A program made the position numbers and the translations under genes. DNA of 64,000 bases from an uncultured Gemmatimonadales bacterium (lineage in GTDB: Bacteria; Gemmatimonadota; Gemmatimonadetes; Gemmatimonadales; GWC2-71-9). The stretch lies in assembly GCA_963826065.1 (NCBI GenBank), contig CAWGVP010000002.1, positions 173,055-237,054 of the forward strand, given 5' to 3'. Shown here in pieces: positions 11,010-19,417 of this stretch (the stretch's first letter is position 1; each line of letters opens with the position of its first letter). The notes beneath the pieces were generated by a model. That model saw nothing but the letters and a program-made list of their open reading frames with translations, was not told the DNA's origin and searched no databases.

Positions 11010-11740
11010 CGGCGTCGGCCGCGCGGGTACGCGAGGTGCTGACATGGCTCGAGCGCCACGGCTCCAAGCGCCGGCGGGACGACATGGCCAAGCGCTATGC
11101 CATCCACGCACCGAAGTCGTTCGGCGTTTCAGTCGGCGCGATCCAGCAACTGGCCAAGCGGATCGGGCGGGATCACGAGCTTGCCGCGGCGCTGTGGGAG
11201 ACGGGATGGTACGAGGCGCGGATGCTCACCGCGTACATCGAGGAGCCGGAGCGGGTCACCGCCGCGCAGATGGATCGCTGGGCGCGCGACTTCGACAACT
11301 GGGGGATCTGCGACACCCAGAGCTTCGTTCTGTTCGGCCGAACGCCTCATGCCTGGCGCAAGGTCGAGCAGTGGAGCCGCCGCCGGGATGAATTCGTCAA
11401 GCGGGCGGCGTTCGCGACGCTGGCCACACTGGCGCTGCGCGACAAGAGCGCGGGGGACGAGCCGTTTCTCCGATCCCTGCGACTCGTGGAGCAGGCCGCC
11501 ACGGACGACCGCAACTTCGTCCGAAAGGGCGTGAGCTGGGCACTGCGTGCGATCGGGGAACGAAACAAGACGCTGAACACCGCAGCGCTCGAAACGGCAC
11601 GACGGCTGGCGCAATCGGACGCCGCCGCGGCGCGGTGGGTGGGAAAAGATGGCCTCAAACAGCTGGCGAGTCCGGCGGTGCGAAAGCGCCTCGCGGCGCG
11701 TAACGCCATGACGAAGGCTCAGCCCAAAGTCAGGAGCTGA
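11006..11740 (+). CDS. DNA alkylation repair (AlkD-like HEAT-repeat) family protein
   Basis: GTG start overlaps the upstream stop (GTGA). Sequence ...FGVSVGAIQQLAKRIG..HELAAALWETGWYEARMLTAYI... matches my recollection of the DNA_alkylation family. Confidence 0.75.
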   Translation: MTASAARVREVLTWLERHGSKRRRDDMAKRYAIHAPKSFGVSVGAIQQLAKRIGRDHELAAALWETGWYEARMLTAYIEEPERVTAAQMDRWARDFDNWGICDTQSFVLFGRTPHAWRKVEQWSRRRDEFVKRAAFATLATLALRDKSAGDEPFLRSLRLVEQAATDDRNFVRKGVSWALRAIGERNKTLNTAALETARRLAQSDAAAARWVGKDGLKQLASPAVRKRLAARNAMTKAQPKVRS

Positions 11741-11954
11741 CGCACCTGTTGAGCGACACGGGCGGCGTGAATCGCGCACGAGCAGTTCCGCCACCTGTCG
11801 GCCGTTCACTATGCAGACCGAAGTCGGTCACCAGCAGCTCGATGGGGGATTCGTGGTCGGCGGCCAGACGGCCCGGCCGAGCGTGGAGCTCGACCGGGCC
11901 TTACAAACGACCTTGGGGTTATCGCCTAGAGCCATTACCCTCGCTTATTTACGA

Positions 11955-12917
11955 CTATTGCCTGCACGACGTCTTAGGGTGGTTGCGGGCCTGGGCGGAG
12001 AGATCGGCCAGCGCGCTCTTGATGTCGGCCCGGGTGTAGTACGAGGAGCTGTAGCGCCAGAGCGAAAAGGCGCAGACGTAGCTCTGGGCGAGCAGCGCGG
12101 TTCCATACTTCCGCAACTCGGCCGCGCTCATCGACCAGGTGTTGGGCTGGGTGCCCCGGATCCCGCTCGAGCCGTTCCCGCCGTCCAGCACGTTCAGGCC
12201 GGCGACCAGGCCCAGCTTCTTGGACTGAGCGCGCTTCACCTGCTGGCTGATATAGTCGGACGGCGACGAGCTCGTCTTCGACCGGAACATGGCCCAACCA
12301 GCGTCGAGGTGGACGTACGTGATCGGAGCCGAGGCCAGCCAGTTGGCCGGCGCGCTCACGATGGTGGGAAGGTTGGGCCAGATCTCCTTGCTGTATTTCG
12401 CGGCGGCTTCCACCGTGGCCGGCGGAATGCCCTGGTCCCCCCATCGTCCGGCGAAATGGGGCTCATCCACGAGGAAGTGCCCGACGATGGTCCCGTCGGA
12501 GATGTATGAGCTGAAATTGACCTTCCGGAACCGGTCTACGTTGCTCTTCCACTTGGTGAGGTTGAAGGTCCCGTCGGCATTCCGGTAAGCCTTGTCGCCA
12601 CCAGCGAGCTTGACCAGCACGCGTCCATTCTTGGAGCGCAGCTGCGACAGCATACTGAGCAGATTCGAAGGAGTGGCGGTCTCGATCAGGCCGGTGTGCA
12701 CCGAGTTCACCTGCGAGACGGTGAGCGCGGCCGACGAGAAGACGATTCCGGAGAGCGTGGCGGCAGCCGTATTGTCCGGCGTGCCGACCACCTCCGCCTC
12801 CGCCGTGGGTCCGAGTCGCTCGTCCTCGGCGCAGGCGAGCGTCGCGATCAGCGCAACGCCGAGTGAGACCGTGCGGGACCAGCCGCGGCGGCGGTCCGAC
12901 TTCAGTTGAAGAGCCAT
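11955..12917 (-). CDS. Hypothetical lipoprotein (about 320 aa)
   Basis: ATG at 12917 with GAGGA upstream. Lipobox VALIATLAC. High third-position GC. No family recognised. Confidence 0.7.
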   Translation of the reverse strand: MALQLKSDRRRGWSRTVSLGVALIATLACAEDERLGPTAEAEVVGTPDNTAAATLSGIVFSSAALTVSQVNSVHTGLIETATPSNLLSMLSQLRSKNGRVLVKLAGGDKAYRNADGTFNLTKWKSNVDRFRKVNFSSYISDGTIVGHFLVDEPHFAGRWGDQGIPPATVEAAAKYSKEIWPNLPTIVSAPANWLASAPITYVHLDAGWAMFRSKTSSSPSDYISQQVKRAQSKKLGLVAGLNVLDGGNGSSGIRGTQPNTWSMSAAELRKYGTALLAQSYVCAFSLWRYSSSYYTRADIKSALADLSAQARNHPKTSCRQ

Positions 12918-13084
12918 ATGCCTGCGGTCCTCTGATGGTGCCAAAGATTGGGCCGAGCCGGGTGGAGCAGGAGTCGAACTCGGAGGGACGGAACGCCGCG
13001 GACTGGGAGCCGCGCGACGGGCATTATGGGCGGGGAGCGCTCCTCAGGCAAGTGCTCCCCGGGGGTTGGGCGCCCAGACCCGGC

Positions 13085-13519
13085 CTAACGCTGGGCAAAG
13101 CAGGCGGAGCCCGCCGCGACCACCCTGGGCTCGTCGCGCACTCCCACGAAGCGAAGCCAGACCGGCTGGTCGGCGCAGATGTCGGAGTAGGTGGCGTAGA
13201 GCACTTCGGTCGTGTCACCGTGCCGGCTGCCCGCCCATACCCACGCCTCGTGCGCCCAGACACGGAGGAAGTCCGGCTCGTTCCGGGCAGCGGCGAGGGC
13301 CCACGCCACCGGTGCGATGTTGGTGGACTGGCGGAGGAGCGCCAGGGAATCCTTCTTGACCGCTGCTTCGAGGAAACGCTGGGCGGGCTCGGTGTAGGCG
13401 TCCCACGGAGTGGAGGATGTGTCGGCCCCGCGCCAGGAATAGGGCTGCGCGAGGAGCATCGCGGCGCTGAACACCGTGGCCAGGAGCATGGTCAGATAGA
13501 GCGGCATCCTGCCGTTCAT
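13085..13519 (-). CDS. Hypothetical secreted protein (144 aa)
   Basis: N-terminal signal-like LYLTMLLATVFSAAMLLAQP. Strong GC3 bias. No family recognised. Confidence 0.65.
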   Translation of the reverse strand: MNGRMPLYLTMLLATVFSAAMLLAQPYSWRGADTSSTPWDAYTEPAQRFLEAAVKKDSLALLRQSTNIAPVAWALAAARNEPDFLRVWAHEAWVWAGSRHGDTTEVLYATYSDICADQPVWLRFVGVRDEPRVVAAGSACFAQR

Positions 13520-13597
13520 GGTCGACCCCCTGCAGAGTCGCGTTCCGCACCTTGGAAGATGCTCGAGCGCACCCCGCCCCGCCAGCGGCGAAGCGCC

Positions 13598-13912
13598 TCA
13601 GCCCCGCTCTTGGCGGCTCTCCCGTCGATACAGCAGCGCGCTCGCGACCAGCCTCTTCAGCAGGATGGAGTACCGGAGGACCACGGCCAGCGACAGCAGC
13701 AGTGCCAGCAACGCGATCCGCTTGGCCCACAAAGGCCCGGCACCTCGCTGGAGAATCGACATGGCGATGAGCGCCGTGGTCGTCCCCGCGACCCGGCCTC
13801 GGCGCCAGGCCTGCTCCCCCGGGATCATCGGCCAGAGGGCGCGCTTCGCGTCATACACGTAGATGACTCCGACCAGGGAAAGGCACACCGCAAGCAAAGC
13901 GGTCATTCGCAC
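13598..13912 (-). CDS. Hypothetical small membrane protein (104 aa, about 3 TM)
   Basis: Three hydrophobic segments (ALLAVCLSLVGVIYVY, TTTALIAMSIL, IALLALLLSLAVVL). Confidence 0.55.
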   Translation of the reverse strand: MRMTALLAVCLSLVGVIYVYDAKRALWPMIPGEQAWRRGRVAGTTTALIAMSILQRGAGPLWAKRIALLALLLSLAVVLRYSILLKRLVASALLYRRESRQERG

Positions 13913-13970
13913 CTCGGTCCTGCTCCACGTTGTCGGAAGGGAGATCGGCTCGACAGCCGGACCAAGATAA

Positions 13971-15275
13971 CTACAGCCCGCCGATCCGCACTGGGACCGC
14001 GCTGTGATGAATCGGAACGCCGAGCTCGCCGTCCGCCCCGTGCCCCCAACACCAGGTCTCGCCCGCGGTGTTCACCCCGCAGAAGGTGGCCCAGGTTCCG
14101 GCGATCGTCGCCCAGCGCGCCCCGCCGGACATCGGCTGCGGAGTCGCGAAGCGAGTGTTGAACCCGAGGGGCGTAAGTCCCATCTCTCCGTATGCGTTGA
14201 TTCCCCAGCAAAGCACGGTTCCCGTGGACGTCAGGCCGCACGCCGCCCAGGTGCCGGTGATGAGGCTCGCGAACGATGGAGAATCCTGGATGGCGACAGG
14301 CGTCGGGGAGAGGCTCGAGCCACCTTCGCCGGGCGGCAGGATGTCGCGGCCCCAGCACCAGGGCCTGCCGTCGGTCGCGAGGGCACAAGTATGCTCGCCT
14401 CCGACCGCGATCGCCGTGAAGCGAAGACCGCCGGTGACGGCGGCGGGTGCCCCACGACTACCTCCTACCGTATCGATACCGAGCTGGCCCCCGGCGTTGG
14501 ATCCCCAGCAGTACGCCACGCCGGTCGCGGTGAGGCCGCACAGATGCGCCGCGGTGCCCAGCGCGAGGGTGCGCAGTCTGGGTTCGGCCGGAAACGCCAC
14601 CGGCGTGCGGCTGCACCGGGCTCCGTCGCAGGTGTCGCTGCTGGCGGTGCCGAGCTGCCCCGCAGCGTTCGAGCCCCAGCAGTAGATGCCACCATCGCGG
14701 GCGAAGCCGCAGGTGTTGGCGGCACCCGCGAACAGGACGTCGAACCGCAGCGTCGTCGCGATCGGCTGGGGGCTCGGCACGCATTGCCACCCGTGGATCG
14801 GCTCGCCGCAGGGCTCATTCATGCTCTCGGGAAAGCCCGCCTGGCCGCCCTTGTTCTCGCCCCAGCACCATGCCTGGCCCTCCACCGTGAGGGCGCAAGT
14901 GTGGAGACCGCCGGCGGCGATGCTGGTGAAGCGCGTCGCGCCCGAGGAGACCTGAACAGGCACGGACGTAAGCGGTGTGGTGCCGATCCCGAGCTGTCCG
15001 GCGTCGGCCCGCCCCCAGCAGAGCGCACGGCCCTCGTCGTCGAGGCGGCAGCCGTGGCGGCCGCCCATCGCGAGCGCCAGGCCGGTTGTCGGCCGGGAGA
15101 TCGCTGGGCGCGGTGGAATCGCCGCAGGCGAGGAGGAGCAAGAGGACGAAATACACACCGAATGGGAGCCGCCGGGCAAAGACGTGATGCATCGTTCTTC
15201 CGAAGGAGCTGGGCATTGGAGACTTCGTCGGCGGACGCGCTGCTGAGGGGACGTGGCGGGGAGAACGCGAAACAC
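13971..15275 (-). CDS. RCC1-repeat beta-propeller protein; its lipoprotein signal peptide lies in another frame (start 15192), so it is probably frameshifted
   Basis: Repeated H(T/L)C(A/G)L...G..(Y/W)CWG..(N/A).GQLG units. MHHVFARRLPFGVYFVLLLLLACGDS is encoded in ORF 14815..15216 and meets the repeat frame near 15079-15084. Confidence 0.75.
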   Translation of the reverse strand: MFRVLPATSPQQRVRRRSLQCPAPSEERCITSLPGGSHSVCISSSCSSSPAAIPPRPAISRPTTGLALAMGGRHGCRLDDEGRALCWGRADAGQLGIGTTPLTSVPVQVSSGATRFTSIAAGGLHTCALTVEGQAWCWGENKGGQAGFPESMNEPCGEPIHGWQCVPSPQPIATTLRFDVLFAGAANTCGFARDGGIYCWGSNAAGQLGTASSDTCDGARCSRTPVAFPAEPRLRTLALGTAAHLCGLTATGVAYCWGSNAGGQLGIDTVGGSRGAPAAVTGGLRFTAIAVGGEHTCALATDGRPWCWGRDILPPGEGGSSLSPTPVAIQDSPSFASLITGTWAACGLTSTGTVLCWGINAYGEMGLTPLGFNTRFATPQPMSGGARWATIAGTWATFCGVNTAGETWCWGHGADGELGVPIHHSAVPVRIGGL

Positions 15276-15350
15276 AGGCGGGAGTGTATGACGCTCGCCA
15301 AACTGCGTGGAGAGGCGAGCACAGTTCGATGCCCGGCGGAGGCCCGGATG

Positions 15351-15719
15351 CTAGCGGGATAGCCAGATGCTAGGCCAACTCTCAGCGGTGGAGCTGTCAG
15401 GCTCAGCGGTTGAGCTGTCCTGATCGCTTGAAGGGTCCTCGGAAGTGTCGGAGTCGCCAGCATGTTCGGTGGGCATTGGGATGTTGGCGGTGGGCCTGGT
15501 GTGAGGCCAGGTAGGGAGGGCCGAAGCTGGCGGCACATAACCTCCGGAGCCCGGCTGAGAAATGGCGACATTCACCGAAGTGGTGAGTCCCTCGACGGAC
15601 TTGCGCAGGAGGGTAACGACACCCACGAGTCCGAGCGCGAGGACGGCGAGAAGCAGGCCGTATTCGACGAGGCCGGTCCCAGAATCGCAAGAGCGCAATC
15701 GTCTCATGAGCTGTCCCAC
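15351..15719 (-). CDS. Flp/Fap-family type IVb pilin-like protein with a long Pro/Ser/Thr/Asp-rich C-terminal tail
   Basis: MRRLRSCDSG-TGLVEY-GLLLAVLALGLVGVV fits the G/XXXXEY prepilin motif plus a hydrophobic helix. GTG start has GAGAGG upstream. At 122 aa it is more than twice typical Flp length. Confidence 0.7.
   Translation of the reverse strand: MGQLMRRLRSCDSGTGLVEYGLLLAVLALGLVGVVTLLRKSVEGLTTSVNVAISQPGSGGYVPPASALPTWPHTRPTANIPMPTEHAGDSDTSEDPSSDQDSSTAEPDSSTAESWPSIWLSR
15378..15419 (-). repeat. Tandem 21-bp duplication inside the Flp-like tail (DSSTAEP / DSSTAES)
   Basis: ctcagcggtggagctgtcagg / ctcagcggttgagctgtcctg on the plus strand. Confidence 0.6.
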
Positions 15720-16147
15720 AGGGCACCTCTCGACGTTGCAGCGGCGGATGGGACAGGAGGAAGGCAGGCCTCAATGGGCAGAATCCATGCCGAATGCTGC
15801 AGCTGCGGCGGGATGGCAGCTTAAGCGTCTGTCCGAACGAGGGATCGCAATGAGAACATCGGGCGGAAGCTGATGGGGAGAATCAGACGGCAGCCCTTCA
15901 CTCTGCAAGTTTCGGCACCATTTGCGAGCCGGAGAGATCGACATCAAGGGGTGGATTTCGGCGGCGGCTTCGAAAGGCTCGACATATTGTCCAGAGTAAC
16001 CCCAAGGGAGGCGTCCTTTCGGGTTCCCCAACACACTCGTAGCGGAGGGAGTGAACCCCGGACCTAGTGGAATACAGTACAAAACACTATAATACAGCAA
16101 CAAACAGCCAGAGTTGGTCCATCTGACCTCCAGAGTCAGGATCCTTC

Positions 16148-16969
16148 ATGAGCACCACGGCTGATCAGGCTGTATCAACCCCTCCAGCGCTTAACACCTA
16201 CAGCGGGTTCCTAACGGCGTTACTCAGCGAGAGAGAGTCGTACTTCGATGAGGTCGTGGCGGGAGTTGACCTCGGTCGAAAGCTACGATTCGCACTGCTC
16301 ACTGTTGTGGTACTCGGCGGACTCTACGGCGGTGTGGCGGGTGCCTACAGCGGACCGCTTCAGGCTGTCGCGGCCGCGGTCAAGCTGCCTTTCCTGTTCA
16401 TCGCCACGTTCGTGGTGTGTTTTCCCGCATTCTATATCGTGCAGGTCCTGGTCGGATCACGCCTTCGGTTATTACAGGTGGTCGTACTGGTGACCAGCGC
16501 GTTGGCACTGACCGCAGTGGTGCTGGCCGCTTTCCTTCCAGTGCCGGCGTTCTTCCTGATCACCGGCGCCAACTACTACTTCCAGCACCTGCTCCACCTG
16601 ACCGTGGTGGCGGCCGCGGGACTCTTCGGCATGTACGCCCTTCACGAGGCGCTCACGACTATTTGTGAGCGGCGCAGCGTCTACCCACGCAAGGCGCTCA
16701 CGATCATGCGGCTCTGGGCGGTTCTCTTCGGATTCGTTGGGATTCAGATGGCGTGGAATCTTCGTCCCTTCCTGGGGGACCGGAATCAACCCTTCCGCGT
16801 GACCGGTCATTACCAGGGCAACTTCTACGAAGCAGTGATCTACGCGGTGAAGCAACTGGTTACCCATTCCAATTCTGCGGTGGCGCCGGACACTTCTATG
16901 AGCGGGAGGAGTCTGGAAGAGCTGCTTCGCTTGCACGACTCCACCCGAGCTCCGGAGGCTCGACCGTGA
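16148..16969 (+). CDS. Hypothetical 5-6 TM membrane protein (possibly Yip1-like; family uncertain)
   Basis: 273 aa. A cytosolic N-terminus is followed by five or more hydrophobic helices. AGGA lies 8 nt before the ATG. The stop overlaps the next gene's start (GTGA). Confidence 0.7.
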   Translation: MSTTADQAVSTPPALNTYSGFLTALLSERESYFDEVVAGVDLGRKLRFALLTVVVLGGLYGGVAGAYSGPLQAVAAAVKLPFLFIATFVVCFPAFYIVQVLVGSRLRLLQVVVLVTSALALTAVVLAAFLPVPAFFLITGANYYFQHLLHLTVVAAAGLFGMYALHEALTTICERRSVYPRKALTIMRLWAVLFGFVGIQMAWNLRPFLGDRNQPFRVTGHYQGNFYEAVIYAVKQLVTHSNSAVAPDTSMSGRSLEELLRLHDSTRAPEARP

Positions 16970-17199
16970 CTGCGGGCGAGGAGAACGGCCGGACACCTGC
17001 CAACGACATCCTTACTCTCGAAGAGGTCGCGTCCTATCTCCGGCTGACTCCGCAGACCATCTACAAGTGGGCCCAAGAGAAACGCATTCCTGGCGCGAAA
17101 TTGGGCAAGGAGTGGCGCTTCCGGAAGAGCATCATCGACCGCTGGCTCGATGACCAGATCCTGCAGAACTCCGACTTCAGCGACCTGAGAAACCGATGA
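16966..17199 (+). CDS. Small helix-turn-helix DNA-binding protein (excisionase/MerR-like HTH_17 type)
   Basis: LTLEEVASYLRLTPQTIYKWAQEKRIPGAKLGKEWRFRKSIIDRWL. GTG start at residue 72 of ORF 16753..17199. 4-nt overlaps on both sides. Confidence 0.7.
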   Translation: MTAGEENGRTPANDILTLEEVASYLRLTPQTIYKWAQEKRIPGAKLGKEWRFRKSIIDRWLDDQILQNSDFSDLRNR

Positions 17200-18596
17200 C
17201 CCGCTCACTCATCCTCCTGCTCTTCTGCGTCGGGGAAGCGGCTGCACAGGCTCGCGCCGTCCCCGATACGGTGGACCGATTCATTAAGGCCGAACTGGCG
17301 CGCCAGCGAATCCCCGGAATCTCGGTCGCTATCCTGCGCGGCGACAGCGTGCTCATGGCCCGCGGTTACGGTTTTGCCAACCTGGAGCACCGCGTGCCCG
17401 GCGACCGACAGCACCGTGTATGCGGTAGGCTCGCTCAGCAAGCAGTTCACAGCCGCGGCGATCGTCCTGCTGTCCCAGCAGGGTCGTCTCGGGCTCGACG
17501 ATCCGATCACCCGATACCTGCCCGAGGGCTCAGCAGTGTGGTCAGGGGTGACCATTCGGCATCTCCTCACGCACACCTCGGGCATTCCTCAGGATACGAC
17601 CCTGGACTGGCGCCAGGATTATTCGGAGAGCGAGATGGTGCGCTCCGCCGCCACACCGCTCGATTCGAGCCGGGAGCGCTCGAGAGCTACAGCAGCATCG
17701 GCTATGCACTGCTCGGCGTGATCATTCATCGGGTGACCGGCATGCCCTGGGGTGATTTCATGCGGGACCGGATCTTCCGCCCCCTCGATATGCGCACGGC
17801 GCGGGTCAACTCCGACACGGACATAGTGCCGAACCGGAGCGCCGGATACTACTTCGTGAACGACACGCTCAAGAACCCCGATTGGGTGTCCCCCTCGATC
17901 AATGCCACCGCTGACTGCTGCCTCAGTTTCACCGTACTCGACCTCGCGCGCTGGGCGATAGGTCTCAACCACGGAAAGGTCGTCGGCCGTGCCGGACTCG
18001 AGATGAGCTGGACGCCGGTCAGGCTGAACAATGGCGGTACGTATCCCTACGGCTTCGGATGGAACATCTTCGAACAGCGGGGTTATCGGCGGCTCGGACA
18101 CAGCGGCGCCTGGCGTGGCTTCCACGCCACCCTCCAGCGCTATCCTGAGTTCGATCTCACCGTGATTGTGTTGCTGAACCTGGGGCAGGTTAACTCCGAG
18201 GGCATCGCTGTCGGCATCGCTGGTCTCCTCGAGCCGGCCTTGACTCCACCGCATCTTCTGGCCAGCCGAATACCAGGTGCGACTCCACCGAAGCCGATCG
18301 ATCAGTTGCTGCGCGCGATCGCATCCGACAGCGAGTCAACGCTGGTGACTCCCGACTTCAAGGCCTCGTTCCCTCGGCCCAGAAGGGTGCTGATTGCCGA
18401 TTTGCTGAAAGTGATGGACACGTGGACCATGCTCGGGTGCGACCGGGTCCGCCACCGCGGGATTACGAGATTCCGTTCTCGGATCGAGCACATCTGCTAC
18501 GCCAAAGGAACCGCCAAGCAAGGGAGCTTGCTGTTTACCGTACTTTACGCGAGCGATTGGCGTGCGGCAGGCCTCGACAATCTCTTCAGCATCTGA
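17196..18596 (+). CDS. Serine hydrolase / beta-lactamase-family (class C / PBP-like) protein, probably inactivated by two compensating frameshifts
   Basis: Signal peptide, then GISVAILRGDSVLMARGYGFANLEHRVP in frame. The catalytic block TVYAVGSLSKQFTAAAIVLL...LLTHTSGIP is only readable in ORF 17374..17721. The original frame resumes at FEPGALESYSSIGYALLG. Confidence 0.75.
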   Translation: MTRSLILLLFCVGEAAAQARAVPDTVDRFIKAELARQRIPGISVAILRGDSVLMARGYGFANLEHRVPGDRQHRVCGRLAQQAVHSRGDRPAVPAGSSRARRSDHPIPARGLSSVVRGDHSASPHAHLGHSSGYDPGLAPGLFGERDGALRRHTARFEPGALESYSSIGYALLGVIIHRVTGMPWGDFMRDRIFRPLDMRTARVNSDTDIVPNRSAGYYFVNDTLKNPDWVSPSINATADCCLSFTVLDLARWAIGLNHGKVVGRAGLEMSWTPVRLNNGGTYPYGFGWNIFEQRGYRRLGHSGAWRGFHATLQRYPEFDLTVIVLLNLGQVNSEGIAVGIAGLLEPALTPPHLLASRIPGATPPKPIDQLLRAIASDSESTLVTPDFKASFPRPRRVLIADLLKVMDTWTMLGCDRVRHRGITRFRSRIEHICYAKGTAKQGSLLFTVLYASDWRAAGLDNLFSI

Positions 18597-18813
18597 TGAT
18601 GAGCCGGGAACTCCAGCCTCTGATCTTCAATTGACAGCCGGGTGAACTAGCCTACGTGTATATATCTGTTAACCTGCGGACGGTTGGCGGGTGGCTGAAG
18701 GGTGAAAATGACGTGAAGGCCCTGTCTCTTCAGGTGCGGGCGATCATGTTGGTGCGCGAGAAAGAGCATGAAAAGACCCCCGCAAGCAATAACGCCAATG
18801 AGGGTTGCCAAGA

Positions 18814-18873
18814 TCGCAGGGGCGGGGCTCGAACCCGCGACCCCGCATTATGAGGAACCGTGCGCCCCCTGCC
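18814..18873 (-). pseudogene. Degenerate copy of the tRNA-Met gene (D-arm deleted)
   Basis: 18816-18854 matches 22140-22179 at about 38 of 40 positions (hand alignment). This covers the T-arm GCGGGTTCGAGCCCCGC and the CTCATAA anticodon loop. The acceptor 5' GGCAGGG is retained, but about 17 nt of D-arm are missing. Confidence 0.6.
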
Positions 18874-19150
18874 TCGCGCTAAGTCGTTGGCGTACACCAC
18901 GACATGCGCCACGAAATCCCGCGCACCACGGTTCAGCAAGCCAGGCTTAGTGCCAAGACTGTACCGCTATTGAGCCGACCTTCGGTTTGTCGATGCCTGA
19001 GCCGCGTAGCTAGGCGCTGGTGAACATTTCGGAGGCTTCAGAGGGAAATGACGGGGTGAGTTGTACAGGATGAACGGCTGGAGTGGCGAAAATGTGCAGG
19101 ATGTGCCGGGGAAGTTTGCACACCTGGCTGCGTCCGAAAGCAAGCGTGGC

Positions 19151-19176
19151 CGAGGCCATCCATTCGGATGGCCTCG
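19151..19176. terminator. 11-bp perfect hairpin (CGAGGCCATCC-ATTC-GGATGGCCTCG)
   Basis: Seen directly. Lies about 240 nt downstream of the HAF gene stop. No clear U-tract on either strand, so its terminator role is uncertain. Confidence 0.3.
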
Positions 19177-19417
19177 ATTCCGAACCTCCCTCACCTCCTG
19201 CGTGTGCCAGCCGCTTCCGGGAGCGTCCGTCTCCGTCCTTTCCCAACTCGCCCCGTCTGATAGGCCCCCCCCGTGTCCGCTTCTGTCCTACGGGACCTGC
19301 AGGGTCGCGTGGTTCTCCTCACAAAATTCCTCACAGGAAGGTTTCCGATCAGGGCCAGACACGGACGCGCCCTTGGCATTCAAGTTCGGCGCGTGTCGTC
19401 GACCCTGCGTTTCTCAT

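Noticed and set aside
15079-15084. Phase variation as the cause of the frame breaks just after the lipoboxes of the RCC1 and Kelch genes (also 63821-63826).
   Set aside because: Neither site contains a homopolymer or simple-sequence repeat long enough (2 nt or less) for slipped-strand switching.
18874-19417. ORFs of 60-180 aa in the AT-richer 18.6-19.4 kb spacer (for example 18967..19194 and 19083..19628), considered as candidate integrase or excisionase remnants.
   Set aside because: The translations show no recombinase, HTH or other recognisable motifs and have poor codon bias. They are treated as non-coding.
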